A stretch of 64,000 nucleotides of DNA. Origin: an uncultured Clostridia bacterium (GTDB lineage: Bacteria; Bacillota; Clostridia; TANB77; CAG-508). The position numbers and the translations under genes are program-made. The stretch covers positions 1,420 through 65,419 of the forward strand of contig CAKOUU010000008.1 of NCBI GenBank assembly GCA_934120675.1, in the 5' to 3' direction. Position 1 is the stretch's first letter, and the number at the start of each line of letters is the position of its first letter. Positions 49,974 to 60,934 of the stretch are shown one piece after another. The notes beneath the pieces were generated by a model. The model ran no database searches and was not told where the DNA came from. It saw nothing but the letters and a program-made list of their open reading frames with translations.

Positions 49974-50037
49974 CTTTTTTAGGCACAAGAACTTAGAATA
50001 TAGTTTTTGTGCTTTTTTCTTTTATAATATTGAACAA

Positions 50038-50209
50038 AACAGGTTACAGTTCAGTAAGAAATTTTGTAAATTTGCTTTAAATGTTGATATACTAATATTT
50101 TGCAGTAAAAGACCTATAGGTAGACCCCGGCTATGTTTTTTACAAAAAATATTAATATATCAACATTTATAATAATTAATTCCTATACTTTACTGAACTG
50201 TTACATGTT
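50038..50209. repeat. 172-bp nested palindrome related to the core of the 4551-4746 element
   Basis: The outer AACAGGTTACAGTTCAGTAA matches the reverse complement of 50190-50209 at 18/20. The inner 50079-50101 matches the reverse complement of 50146-50168 at 22/23. The centre contains ACCTATAGGT and AGACCCC. Confidence 0.85.
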
Positions 50210-50247
50210 TCCATTATAAAAAGGCAGATAGCCTGCCTTTTTTTGTC

Positions 50248-52377
50248 TTATTTTAAAATTCTAAGTGTATTAAATATTGTAATCAAAGTAACACCAACAT
50301 CAGCAAAAACTGCTTGCCACATATCAGCAACTCCTAATAAACTTAAAACTAAAGTCAATATTTTAACACCTATTGAAAAAATTAAATTTTGTTTTATAAT
50401 TTTATTTGTCTTTTTAGAAACTTCAATCGCATCACCAATTTTAGAAAGTTCATCTGTCATTATTACAACATCAGAAGCTTCTATTGCTGAACTCGAACCA
50501 ATTCCACCCATTGAAATTCCAACATCTGCTCTTGCTAGTACTGGGCTATCATTTATTCCATCACCAACAAATGCAACTTTTTGGTGTTCATCTCTTTTTG
50601 CGATTATTGTATCTAATTCATTGTATTTATCTTGTGGTAACATTTCTGATTTTACCGCTTTTATGCCAACTTCTTTTGCTATTTTTTCTGCAATTTCTTT
50701 TTTGTCACCTGTGAACATTTTTGTGTTTATTCCTAATCTATGAAGTTTTTCCATTGTTTCTTTTGTTGCTGGTTTTATTTCATCTGTTAAAACTATTTTC
50801 CCGACAACATTTCCGTCTATATTTAGGTATAGAACTGTTCCAACAATATTTTCTTTATCTGCATTTGTGAATTCTGCATTTCCAATTTTTATTGTCTTTC
50901 CTTCATATTGATATTGAATTCCTTTTCCTGAAACTTCTTCAAAATTTTCAACATTCTCTATTTTTAAATTTTTTTGTTCATTCTTATCTTTGTTTCCGTT
51001 TAAAATTTCGTTGTCATCTTTGCTAACTAATTTCAAATATTTTTTTAATATTGATTTTGCTATTGGATGATTTGAATTTTTTTCGCCCATTGCAAAATAT
51101 TTTAAAACATCTTGTTCTGTGTACATTTCATCAATTGCTTGTATTTCTGACACTGCAAAATTTCCTGTTGTAATTGTTCCTGTTTTATCAAATATAATTT
51201 CTTTGATATCTTTTATTCCATCTAAATAATCACTACCTTTAATCAATATTCCTTTTTTAGATGCCTTACCTATTCCTGAAAAATAACTTAATGGAACTGA
51301 TATCGCTATTGAGCATGGGCATGAAATTACTAAGAATATTAGTGCTTTATAAATACTTTCTTTGTAAGTTACCCCTGCTATAATTAGTGGCATAAATATT
51401 GCTACTAATAGTGCAAGCCCCATTACAACTGGTGTATAGATTTTTGCTGCTTTTGATACAAATGTCTCTGTTTTTGCTTTTTTGTCTGTTGCATTTTCAA
51501 CTAAGTTTAATATTTGACTTACTGTACTGTTTTCATATGTTTGCTCAACCTTTACTTCTATTAATCCATTTGTGTTTATGCTTCCTGATAGAACTTTGCT
51601 ATTTTCTGATACTTCTATAAGTTTGCTTTCACCTGTTAATGCTGAATTGTCAATTTGAGAATTTCCTTTTATTACAATGCCATCTAGTGGTATTTTTTCT
51701 CCTGTTTTTACAAGAATAATATCCCCTATTTTTACTTTGTCTGGTGTTACTTGCTCCCATTCTTCACCTTTTTTCAAGTTTGCATATTCTGGTTTTATAT
51801 TCATTAAATCTGATATTGATTTTCTTGTTTTATTAACAGCTTTTGATTCTAAAATTTTCCCTATTTCATATAGTGTAATTACCATTAGTCCTTCTGAATT
51901 TTTTCCAACTAAATATGCTCCTATTGCTGATACTACAATTAGCATATTTTCGTCTAATACTTTGTTTTTAAATAATTGTTTAAATCCTTTTTTAGCTGTT
52001 TTGTATAACAATATAACAAATGCTATTATTGTTAATATATTTGTTATAAGTGTTGATTTGCTTACTATTAAAGCTATTGCATATATTATAAGTCCTACTA
52101 TTATTCTCACAATATCTAGTTCATTGTGTTCTTCTTTTTCTTTGATCTTTTCTCCATCTTCTAAAACCTCAACATCTGGTTCTAATTTTTGAACTAATTT
52201 TGTTATTTCCTTTTTTGGACTTGGTTTGTCTGTTTTAAATGTTAATTTTAATGTTGAAAAATTAACAACTACATCTTCATATCCTTCTGTATTTGCTATT
52301 TCGTCTTCTACTTTTTTTGCACATGCTGCACAGTCTAACCCCTCTAATGTATATTTATAACTCTTCAATATGTTCAC
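50248..52377 (-). CDS. cadA: Heavy-metal (Cd/Zn/Pb-type) P1B-ATPase
   Basis: 709 aa with an N-terminal HMA GLDCAACAKKVE, the CPC motif SCPCSI, DKTGTIT, and GDGINDSP. Confidence 0.9.
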   Translation of the reverse strand: MNILKSYKYTLEGLDCAACAKKVEDEIANTEGYEDVVVNFSTLKLTFKTDKPSPKKEITKLVQKLEPDVEVLEDGEKIKEKEEHNELDIVRIIVGLIIYAIALIVSKSTLITNILTIIAFVILLYKTAKKGFKQLFKNKVLDENMLIVVSAIGAYLVGKNSEGLMVITLYEIGKILESKAVNKTRKSISDLMNIKPEYANLKKGEEWEQVTPDKVKIGDIILVKTGEKIPLDGIVIKGNSQIDNSALTGESKLIEVSENSKVLSGSINTNGLIEVKVEQTYENSTVSQILNLVENATDKKAKTETFVSKAAKIYTPVVMGLALLVAIFMPLIIAGVTYKESIYKALIFLVISCPCSIAISVPLSYFSGIGKASKKGILIKGSDYLDGIKDIKEIIFDKTGTITTGNFAVSEIQAIDEMYTEQDVLKYFAMGEKNSNHPIAKSILKKYLKLVSKDDNEILNGNKDKNEQKNLKIENVENFEEVSGKGIQYQYEGKTIKIGNAEFTNADKENIVGTVLYLNIDGNVVGKIVLTDEIKPATKETMEKLHRLGINTKMFTGDKKEIAEKIAKEVGIKAVKSEMLPQDKYNELDTIIAKRDEHQKVAFVGDGINDSPVLARADVGISMGGIGSSSAIEASDVVIMTDELSKIGDAIEVSKKTNKIIKQNLIFSIGVKILTLVLSLLGVADMWQAVFADVGVTLITIFNTLRILK

Positions 52378-52708
52378 TTCCTTTCTTTACGATTTGTTCG
52401 ATGTGTTCATCATCTAAACTGTAAAATATTGTTTTTCCCTCTCTTCTGAATTTTACTAATTTTGACTGTTTTAGTAATCTTAATTGGTGTGATATTGCTG
52501 ATTGCGTTGTTCCTACTATGTTTGCTATGTCACACACACATAGTTCTTCTTCTAGCAAGGCATATATTATTTTCATTCTTGTTGAATCTGCAAATACTTT
52601 AAATAACTCCGCTAAGTCGTATATAAAGCCATCTTCTGGCATTTTTTGTTTTACCTTTTTTACTGTTTCTTCGTGCAATATGTTGCACTCTGTAAAATTT
52701 TCTTCCAT
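52355..52708 (-). CDS. cadC: ArsR/SmtB-family metalloregulator (CadC-like)
   Basis: ELCVCDIANIVGTTQSAISHQLRLLKQSKLV. Overlaps the ATPase start by 23 nt. Confidence 0.88.
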   Translation of the reverse strand: MEENFTECNILHEETVKKVKQKMPEDGFIYDLAELFKVFADSTRMKIIYALLEEELCVCDIANIVGTTQSAISHQLRLLKQSKLVKFRREGKTIFYSLDDEHIEQIVKKGSEHIEEL

Positions 52709-52810
52709 ATTTATTGATGTTCCTTTCTTTTAAAGGTATAGAATTTAATTTGCATACTCATAATATCCAAATTTTTATTTTTCAACCCCTTAATACTAAT
52801 GCTATATGAT

Positions 52811-52832
52811 TATATGAATATTTGTTCATATG
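52811..52832. promoter_or_regulatory. ArsR/SmtB-type operator candidate
   Basis: TATATGAATATTTGTTCATATG, an imperfect TGAA...TTCA inverted repeat ~100 nt upstream of the cadC-like start. Confidence 0.5.
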
Positions 52833-53094
52833 TAGTTATATTATATTCTTAATAAAATTTTTTGTCAACATCTTTTTAAAGAAAAAATTTATAATTTAAA
52901 ATTTTGATAACATCCTACAATCAATAAATTTTAACATCATCTCAAATAAATTCTTAGTAAAATTTACTTAATAAATATCAAAATATTGTAGCACTAATCA
53001 AATTTATTGTAATAGTTCTATGATATTTATACCATACTATTTTTACAGTAATTATGACATAATTATCGCAACAATTATTTATGGAGGCTGTTAA

Positions 53095-53310
53095 ATGATT
53101 AAAGAATATCGAGTTAAAAATGGCTTTTCACAAGAAGAACTAGCCGAAAAAATAGATATCAGTTGGAGACATCTTCAACGTTTAGAACACAACGAATCAA
53201 AAACTACTGTTAAGACCTTGAAAAAACTTATAAAAGTTCTTAATATTTCCGATGAAGATATTATAAGATATTTAAAAACAGATGTTGATATTGAAGAAAT
53301 CGATTATTAA
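53095..53310 (+). CDS. XRE-family HTH protein
   Basis: 71 aa with FSQEELAEKIDISWRHLQRLE. Confidence 0.75.
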   Translation: MIKEYRVKNGFSQEELAEKIDISWRHLQRLEHNESKTTVKTLKKLIKVLNISDEDIIRYLKTDVDIEEIDY

Positions 53311-53315
53311 ATACA

Positions 53316-53353
53316 AAAATGAGATTAACTCTTTTGAATTAATCTCATTTTTG
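53316..53353. terminator. Bidirectional terminator (XRE gene / dnaJ)
   Basis: AAAATGAGATTAA...TTAATCTCATTTT. Confidence 0.7.
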
Positions 53354-53388
53354 GCATTCACAATATTTAACTATAAAATTTTTATACA

Positions 53389-54549
53389 TTATCCAAAAAA
53401 TCCTTTTTTCTTAACAGGTGGTTGTTCATTCATTGTTTTTGCAAGTTCAACAAGCAACTCCCTTTGTTCTTTAGTTAATCTCTTAGGTGTTTGAACCTGA
53501 ACCGTAAATACTAAATCTCCTTCAGATGTTGAATTTACATATTTAAATCCCTTATTTCTAATAGTAAACCTTGTACCTGTTTGAGTACCTTCTGGAATTT
53601 TATATTTTTCCTTACTTCCATCAACCATTGGTATTTCAAGTTCTGCACCAAGTGCTGCTTGAGTCATAGTAATTGGAATATCACATAAAACATTATTACC
53701 TTTTCTAGTAAATATGCTATGTTTTTTAATTCTTAATGTAATATATAAATCACCTTTAGGCCCACCTTTGCTACCAGGTTCGCCCTCTCCTCTTAATACT
53801 ACAGTCTGATTATCATCAATTCCTGCAGGAATTTTAACTTTTATTTTTGGTTGTTTTCTAATTGTTCCTTTACCTTTACAAAATTCACAAACCTCTGTAA
53901 TGATTTCACCAGTTCCATGACATTTACCACATGTTCTGGTTGTTTGAACTTGACCTAAAATTGTATTTTGAACTTGTGTTACCTGACCTGTTCCATGACA
54001 ATCCGGACATTTTATTGGGTTTGTTCCAGGTTTTGCACCAGTTCCATGACAATGTTCACAAGTCTCATTTCTGTTTATTACAACTTCTTTTTCAACACCT
54101 AAAAAAGCCTCTTCAAATGTAATATCCATATTTAGATTTAGATCTGCACCTTTTCGTGGTCCACTGTTTTTTCTAGCAGACTGTCTGCCACCAAAACCAC
54201 CACCAAAAAATGAAGAAAATATATCACCTAAATCTCCAAAGTCTCCAAAGCCATCAAATCCAGAAGTAGAATATGTATAATTTCCACCTCCAAATGGACC
54301 ACCAGCCCCTCCAAACCCTTGTGGATCAGCTGTTCCAAATTGATCATACATTTTTCTTTTTTGAGGATTAGAAAGTGTTTCATATGCTTCGTTAACTTCT
54401 TTAAACTTTTTTTCCGCTTCTTCTTTATTATCTGGGTTTGCATCTGGATGATATTTTTTAGCCATTTTTCTATAAGCCTTTTTTAATTCATCATCTGTGG
54501 CATTTTTATTAACACCTAAAACCTCATAATAATCTCTTTTATTAGCCAT
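53389..54549 (-). CDS. dnaJ: Chaperone DnaJ
   Basis: [13 protein letters not shown]...KKYHPD J-domain, a G/F region, and four CxxCxGxG zinc motifs. The start was chosen after GGAGG. Confidence 0.96.
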   Translation of the reverse strand: MANKRDYYEVLGVNKNATDDELKKAYRKMAKKYHPDANPDNKEEAEKKFKEVNEAYETLSNPQKRKMYDQFGTADPQGFGGAGGPFGGGNYTYSTSGFDGFGDFGDLGDIFSSFFGGGFGGRQSARKNSGPRKGADLNLNMDITFEEAFLGVEKEVVINRNETCEHCHGTGAKPGTNPIKCPDCHGTGQVTQVQNTILGQVQTTRTCGKCHGTGEIITEVCEFCKGKGTIRKQPKIKVKIPAGIDDNQTVVLRGEGEPGSKGGPKGDLYITLRIKKHSIFTRKGNNVLCDIPITMTQAALGAELEIPMVDGSKEKYKIPEGTQTGTRFTIRNKGFKYVNSTSEGDLVFTVQVQTPKRLTKEQRELLVELAKTMNEQPPVKKKGFFG

Positions 54550-54566
54550 TTTTTCCTCCATAAAAT

Positions 54567-54652
54567 TTCGGGATTGGGGGACGGGTCTTTCATCCCGATT
54601 TTTTTATCATAAAAATTTTTCGGGATGAAAGACCCGTCCCCCAATCCCGAAA
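54567..54652. repeat. Inverted pair of GGGGACGGGTC-loop hairpins filling the dnaK|dnaJ spacer
   Basis: 54567-54598 TTCGGGATTGGGGGACGGGTCTTTCATCCCGA matches the reverse complement of 54621-54652 at 32/32. The spacer is a 20-nt AT palindrome. Confidence 0.9.
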
Positions 54653-54663
54653 TTTTTCAAATT

Positions 54664-56553
<1,890 letters not shown>

Positions 56554-56574
56554 TTATATTTTTAAAATTAATAA

Positions 56575-57081
56575 CTAATTTGCGACTACCACCATAGAAT
56601 GTCTAATAACCCTATGACCTATTTTGTAGCCCTTTCTATACTCTTGAACAATTTCTTTTTCTCCCTTAGAATCATCCTGAACACTGCTAACAGCTTCATG
56701 AAGTTCTGGATCAAAAATTTCTCCAAGAGCTTTGATTTCTTCTACACCTTTTGATTTAAGTACATCTTGAAATTGTTTTAAAACAAGTTCAACACCTTTT
56801 TTATAATTCTCATCTTGAGTCTCAACTTTTGCTGCATTTTCTAGGTTATCTAATATTGGAAGCATAACTTCCACAACATCACCTAAAATTGAATTATACA
56901 TGCCTTCTCTTTCTTTTTGACTTCTTTTTTTATGATTTTCAAATTCTGCTAAAATTCTTTTATATCTGTCTGTCAAATCATCTAATTCTTGTTGTTTTTT
57001 TTGTAATTCACTTTTTTCTTCATTAATTTTTTTAATTTCTTCTGTTACTTCTTGTTCAACATTTTCATTTTCTTTTCCCAT
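56575..57081 (-). CDS. grpE: Nucleotide exchange factor GrpE
   Basis: RILAEFENHKKRSQKE ... FDPELHEAV ... GYKIGHRVIRHSMVVV. The start is taken at MGKENEN after AAGAAAGAGG. Confidence 0.93.
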   Translation of the reverse strand: MGKENENVEQEVTEEIKKINEEKSELQKKQQELDDLTDRYKRILAEFENHKKRSQKEREGMYNSILGDVVEVMLPILDNLENAAKVETQDENYKKGVELVLKQFQDVLKSKGVEEIKALGEIFDPELHEAVSSVQDDSKGEKEIVQEYRKGYKIGHRVIRHSMVVVAN

Positions 57082-57179
57082 TTTATCGCCTCTTTCTTTA
57101 TTATTACACATTTAATTCAAAATCATTTCAAATAATTTTAAAATTTGCCAATGCAAAAATTATAATTATTTTTCAATCT

Positions 57180-58190
57180 CTATATTCCTTTATCTTTTAA
57201 CTTCTTATTAATATACTTCATGACCGAAATAACTTTTGAATAATCCATTCTTTTAGGGCCTATAATTCCAATAGTTCCCATATCTTTGTCACCAACTTTA
57301 TGTTTAAAAGTTATAACACTAAAATCTTTAAGCTCTTCCTTTTCATTTTCATCACCAATGTAAACATTGATATCTTTTGCAAATCCCGAATTTAATATGT
57401 CTGTCATTAAATCTTTTTCGTCAATTATATTTACGAAATTCTTTGCAACTGCTAAACTATTAAATTCTGGCAAATCAAAGGCTTTGTTTGCCCCCTCAAG
57501 ATATACTTGCCTATCTTCTGAAATGACTTTTTTGATTTGTTCTATAATTGGTTTTATAACTTTTACACTATATTTCATTTCATTTATTAGATATTCTTCT
57601 AATGGAACATCTATAATTTGAAGTGGTTGACCTTTCAGCTTTTGATTAAACATATAATTTACTGTTTCTACTTGTTTATCTGTTATGTCCTCATCAAATT
57701 TTATTATTGTTTCCTTTACCATTCCTGTGTTTGTCAATATAATTGCCATTAACATTCTTGGTCCTAGTAAAACAAATTTGATTTCTTCAATTAGCAAGTC
57801 TTGTGTGCTTGGCCCTATTGCTAATGTTGTATAATGTGTTATTTCCGAAATTGTTGTTGTTGCAATTTTTGTTAAATCTTCTATTTCATTTACCTTTGTT
57901 TCTAATTTGTCACTTATATATTTAATTTCTTCCATACTTATGTTGTCATCTTTTAAAAGTTCGTCTACATAGTATCTGTATCCTTTTTCTGATGGTATTC
58001 TTCCACTTGATGTATGTGTTTTTTCTAGATATCCTGCTTTTTCAAGGTCTGCCATTTCGTTTCTTATTGTTGCACTACTATATTGTAATTCTTCATTATT
58101 TGTTAGTGCATTTGAACTTACTGGCTCTGCTGTGTTTATATATTCTTCAACTATGGCTTGTAATACTTTCTTTTTTCTATCATCTAGCAT
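57180..58190 (-). CDS. hrcA: Heat-inducible transcription repressor HrcA
   Basis: LDDRKKKVLQAIVEEYINTAEPVSS...SSATIRNEMADLEKAGYLEKTHTSSGRIPS. Confidence 0.95.
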   Translation of the reverse strand: MLDDRKKKVLQAIVEEYINTAEPVSSNALTNNEELQYSSATIRNEMADLEKAGYLEKTHTSSGRIPSEKGYRYYVDELLKDDNISMEEIKYISDKLETKVNEIEDLTKIATTTISEITHYTTLAIGPSTQDLLIEEIKFVLLGPRMLMAIILTNTGMVKETIIKFDEDITDKQVETVNYMFNQKLKGQPLQIIDVPLEEYLINEMKYSVKVIKPIIEQIKKVISEDRQVYLEGANKAFDLPEFNSLAVAKNFVNIIDEKDLMTDILNSGFAKDINVYIGDENEKEELKDFSVITFKHKVGDKDMGTIGIIGPKRMDYSKVISVMKYINKKLKDKGI

Positions 58191-58203
58191 TTTCTCACCT
58201 CTT

Positions 58204-58230
58204 TTAGCACTCTTTTTGTTTGTTTGCTAA
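58204..58230. promoter_or_regulatory. CIRCE, hrcA-proximal
   Basis: TTAGCACTC-TTTTTGTTT-GTTTGCTAA. Confidence 0.75.
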
Positions 58231-58254
58231 TCTTGTTATATATTATATCCTTTT

Positions 58255-58281
58255 TTAGCACTTGTCAATACCTTTTGCTAA
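58255..58281. promoter_or_regulatory. CIRCE-like element overlapping the hrcA -35
   Basis: TTAGCACTT-GTCAATACC-TTTTGCTAA. The gene strand carries TTGACA and a downstream TATAAT. Confidence 0.6.
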
Positions 58282-58489
58282 ATTTTTTTGTGAATTTTTT
58301 GTGAACTCTTTTTAACAACAAAAAAAAGTTATAGATTTCAAATTTCTATAACTTTTTTCTGTTATTATATTTCAAACGATTTTACATTTCTTCTATAATT
58401 TTTTTATTTCTTCTTCATTTAAACCTGTTGCTTTTGAAATTTGTTCAATTTCCATTCCCATTTCTAATAATTTTTTTGCAGTTTTTATT

Positions 58490-58541
58490 ATACCGTTCTT
58501 TTATACCGTTCTTTTATACCGTTTTTCTATACCGCTCTTCA
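58490..58541. repeat. 13-nt tandem repeat x4 (ATACCGTTCTTTT-like) at the 3' end of the Rpn-family gene
   Basis: The units are 58490-58502, 58503-58515, 58516-58528 and 58529-58541. On the gene strand each reads c-GGTATAnAAgAA (Gly-Ile-Lys/Glu-Glu plus one extra nt). Confidence 0.85.
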
Positions 58542-59227
58542 ATTCCAGCTTTTTTACCTTTATTGTATCCAGCACTTTCTATTGATTTTTGATCTAATAT
58601 GTATTTTTCTCTTAACTCTGCTAGATATCTTTCATGTTCGTCATTACTTATTTTTTCTAATTCCTTTTTGGCTTTTTTTAATTCTGCATTTTCATCCATT
58701 TTTACCACCTCTGGATTTTCTATAAATTTTAACCACAAGTTCATTTTTTTTCTTTTATTTTCTTTGTATTTTATGAACTTCGGCATCTCGATTATATATA
58801 ATTCCATAACATCTGTCAAGATTATTTGGTGGTATTCTTCTTCTCTAATTTGCCATTTTGTTTGATATTTTGGTATTTCTTTTAATGATTCTAACTCATA
58901 ATCTGATATTAATATTACTATTGTTTTCTCTAACAATTCATAATCATTTCCTGATTTAATACTTGTACTATACATTTTACTCCAATAAAACATTATTCTC
59001 TTTTCTATATTACTATGATCTACTACTTGCATCTCTATATTGCAATTTATATTATTATCTATTTTAGCCCTTATGTCTAAAATCCCAACTTTGTCATCTA
59101 ATAAGTCTTTTTCTAATATTGTATTGTTGTCTAATTCTACATTTGTTATTTTCTTTTCCACTATTGAACTTATCAAAGAAGCTGTTATGTCTTCATTTCC
59201 TATATGTCCAAATATTCTTTTGAACAC
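58514..59227 (-). CDS. Rpn-family PD-(D/E)XK nuclease (putative transposase / recombination-promoting nuclease family)
   Basis: FKRIFG...ILDIRAKIDNNINCNIEMQ...IMFYWSKMY follows the family pattern. The frame is open upstream to ~59260 (IIAKLLNPKNDYV) with no ATG. The conserved C-terminal tail is out of frame downstream. Confidence 0.7.
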   Translation of the reverse strand: MFKRIFGHIGNEDITASLISSIVEKKITNVELDNNTILEKDLLDDKVGILDIRAKIDNNINCNIEMQVVDHSNIEKRIMFYWSKMYSTSIKSGNDYELLEKTIVILISDYELESLKEIPKYQTKWQIREEEYHQIILTDVMELYIIEMPKFIKYKENKRKKMNLWLKFIENPEVVKMDENAELKKAKKELEKISNDEHERYLAELREKYILDQKSIESAGYNKGKKAGIEERYRKTV

Positions 59228-59591
59228 ATAATCATTTTTTGGATTTAATAATTTTGCTATAATTTATCACTTCTTTCTTTTTTTGATTTTTGTTTTTGAA
59301 TTTTTGGCTGATTTGCCTTAAATTTGAATTAAAATATATCGCTTGAAATATAATGTAATTATATTAACATAAAAAGTTTATGTATGCAATACTTTTTTAA
59401 AATTATGTACTAATTTTTTGAACTAGGTAATTTTTTGTGAACAATAATATATAGAACAAAAGCAGACATTAATAACGTTAGCATTTAATAAAAAAACGGG
59501 CATTAATAACATTAGCTTATTTAAATAGAAAAATCTAAAACCTACAGTATCCACCGTAAAATTTTAGATTTTTTAATCTATTTTTATTCAA

Positions 59592-59963
59592 TTATAAATA
59601 TCTATCATTCTTAGAATTATAATTATCACCATATCTTTTTTTCAAATCTTCCACTAATTTAGAATCAGATTTATTACCAACACTTATAGGTTTAACATCA
59701 CAATGAAGCTGGCTCACAAATTTCTGTGCTAATTCATTTCGTCTTTGAGGATTCATTCCCTTTCTTCTTGCAATTCTCAAATAGCCATCATACTCTTCAA
59801 ATTTTCCAGCAGAAATTCCATCTTCTATAAAATCAATTGGAATTCCTGTATATGCACTTACTTGCACTTTTGTACTTTCAGGTTTTAAAGCAACATAATT
59901 TTTTACTCTTTCATAATATGATTTTTCAACATCCTTTTCCATCTCTTTTTCCTTCCTTTGCAA
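59592..59963 (-). CDS. Hypothetical protein
   Basis: 123 aa. A terminator hairpin at about 59540-59586 lies downstream. No confident motif. Confidence 0.5.
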   Translation of the reverse strand: MQRKEKEMEKDVEKSYYERVKNYVALKPESTKVQVSAYTGIPIDFIEDGISAGKFEEYDGYLRIARRKGMNPQRRNELAQKFVSQLHCDVKPISVGNKSDSKLVEDLKKRYGDNYNSKNDRYL

Positions 59964-60088
59964 CTTAAAAATTCATTTGTTTACTTATTTATATACTAAT
60001 ATCTTTTATTTTGTCAACACTTTTTATAATTTTTTATATCATTTATTTTCTTCTTGTTACAATTCACAGCCTTAGAAAATTACAACTT

Positions 60089-60934
60089 CTACTTAATTAT
60101 TATTGTTGAAATCAAAATTCCAACAGTCTGAATTGCAAATAAATTCAATATATTAGATGTAAGCAAATTATTAGTAGCCTCAACAACTCCAAGCATATCA
60201 TCTTCAACTTTTTTATAATGTCTTTGAGATTCAAAAAAAGTAATTAATTCTGGTAAACTCGTAACAAAACCTAATAAAATACCAACAATAACCTCAGAAA
60301 CTCCAAATATATTACACAAATTTTCAAGTGTATCTCCTAATAACTCTCCTATAAAAAATAATAAAATTCCTGTTATAATTAAAATTGATACATATAACAA
60401 CACTTTTTTAGGCTTCTTCTTTTCTTCTTTTCTTTCCGCTTCAATTTCTTCCTCAAGTTCCTCATCTTCGTTTTTTAAATATAATTTATGAACATGATTA
60501 TTTAAAACTCTAAATAAACTATACAAAATAATAAATAATGGCACTACTGCTAATTTTAATTCTATATCAAGTTTTAGAAAAACAATTGGTATTGCTATTG
60601 TAAAAAATACTAGTACTAAATCTGTTATTATGGCTCTATTTCGCAATTTTGATGTGTTTTTGTTTAACAAAATTGCACCTAAATATTGAATTAAGTTAAT
60701 TACATTCGAACTTAAAATGTTATAAACACTTGCAGCTGTTAAACCTCTTAGGCTTGATGTTATTATTGTTAATAGTTCTGGTACTGATGTTGCATATCCC
60801 GCTATATCTCCAACAGTTTTTGCTTTTAAGTTTAAAGCCTCCGCTAATTTTCTTAATGTCGTTACTAGTATATATTTTGAAATCAGTACTATTAATCCTG
60901 AATATATGATAAATTTTATTATTTCTAAAAGCAT
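60089..60934 (-). CDS. CaCA-family (Na+/Ca2+ exchanger-like) membrane protein
   Basis: Two alpha-repeat signatures, GYATSVPELLTIITS...SSNVINL and FVTSLPELITFFES...TSNILNL, separated by an acidic/basic loop. Confidence 0.7.
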   Translation of the reverse strand: MLLEIIKFIIYSGLIVLISKYILVTTLRKLAEALNLKAKTVGDIAGYATSVPELLTIITSSLRGLTAASVYNILSSNVINLIQYLGAILLNKNTSKLRNRAIITDLVLVFFTIAIPIVFLKLDIELKLAVVPLFIILYSLFRVLNNHVHKLYLKNEDEELEEEIEAERKEEKKKPKKVLLYVSILIITGILLFFIGELLGDTLENLCNIFGVSEVIVGILLGFVTSLPELITFFESQRHYKKVEDDMLGVVEATNNLLTSNILNLFAIQTVGILISTIIIK

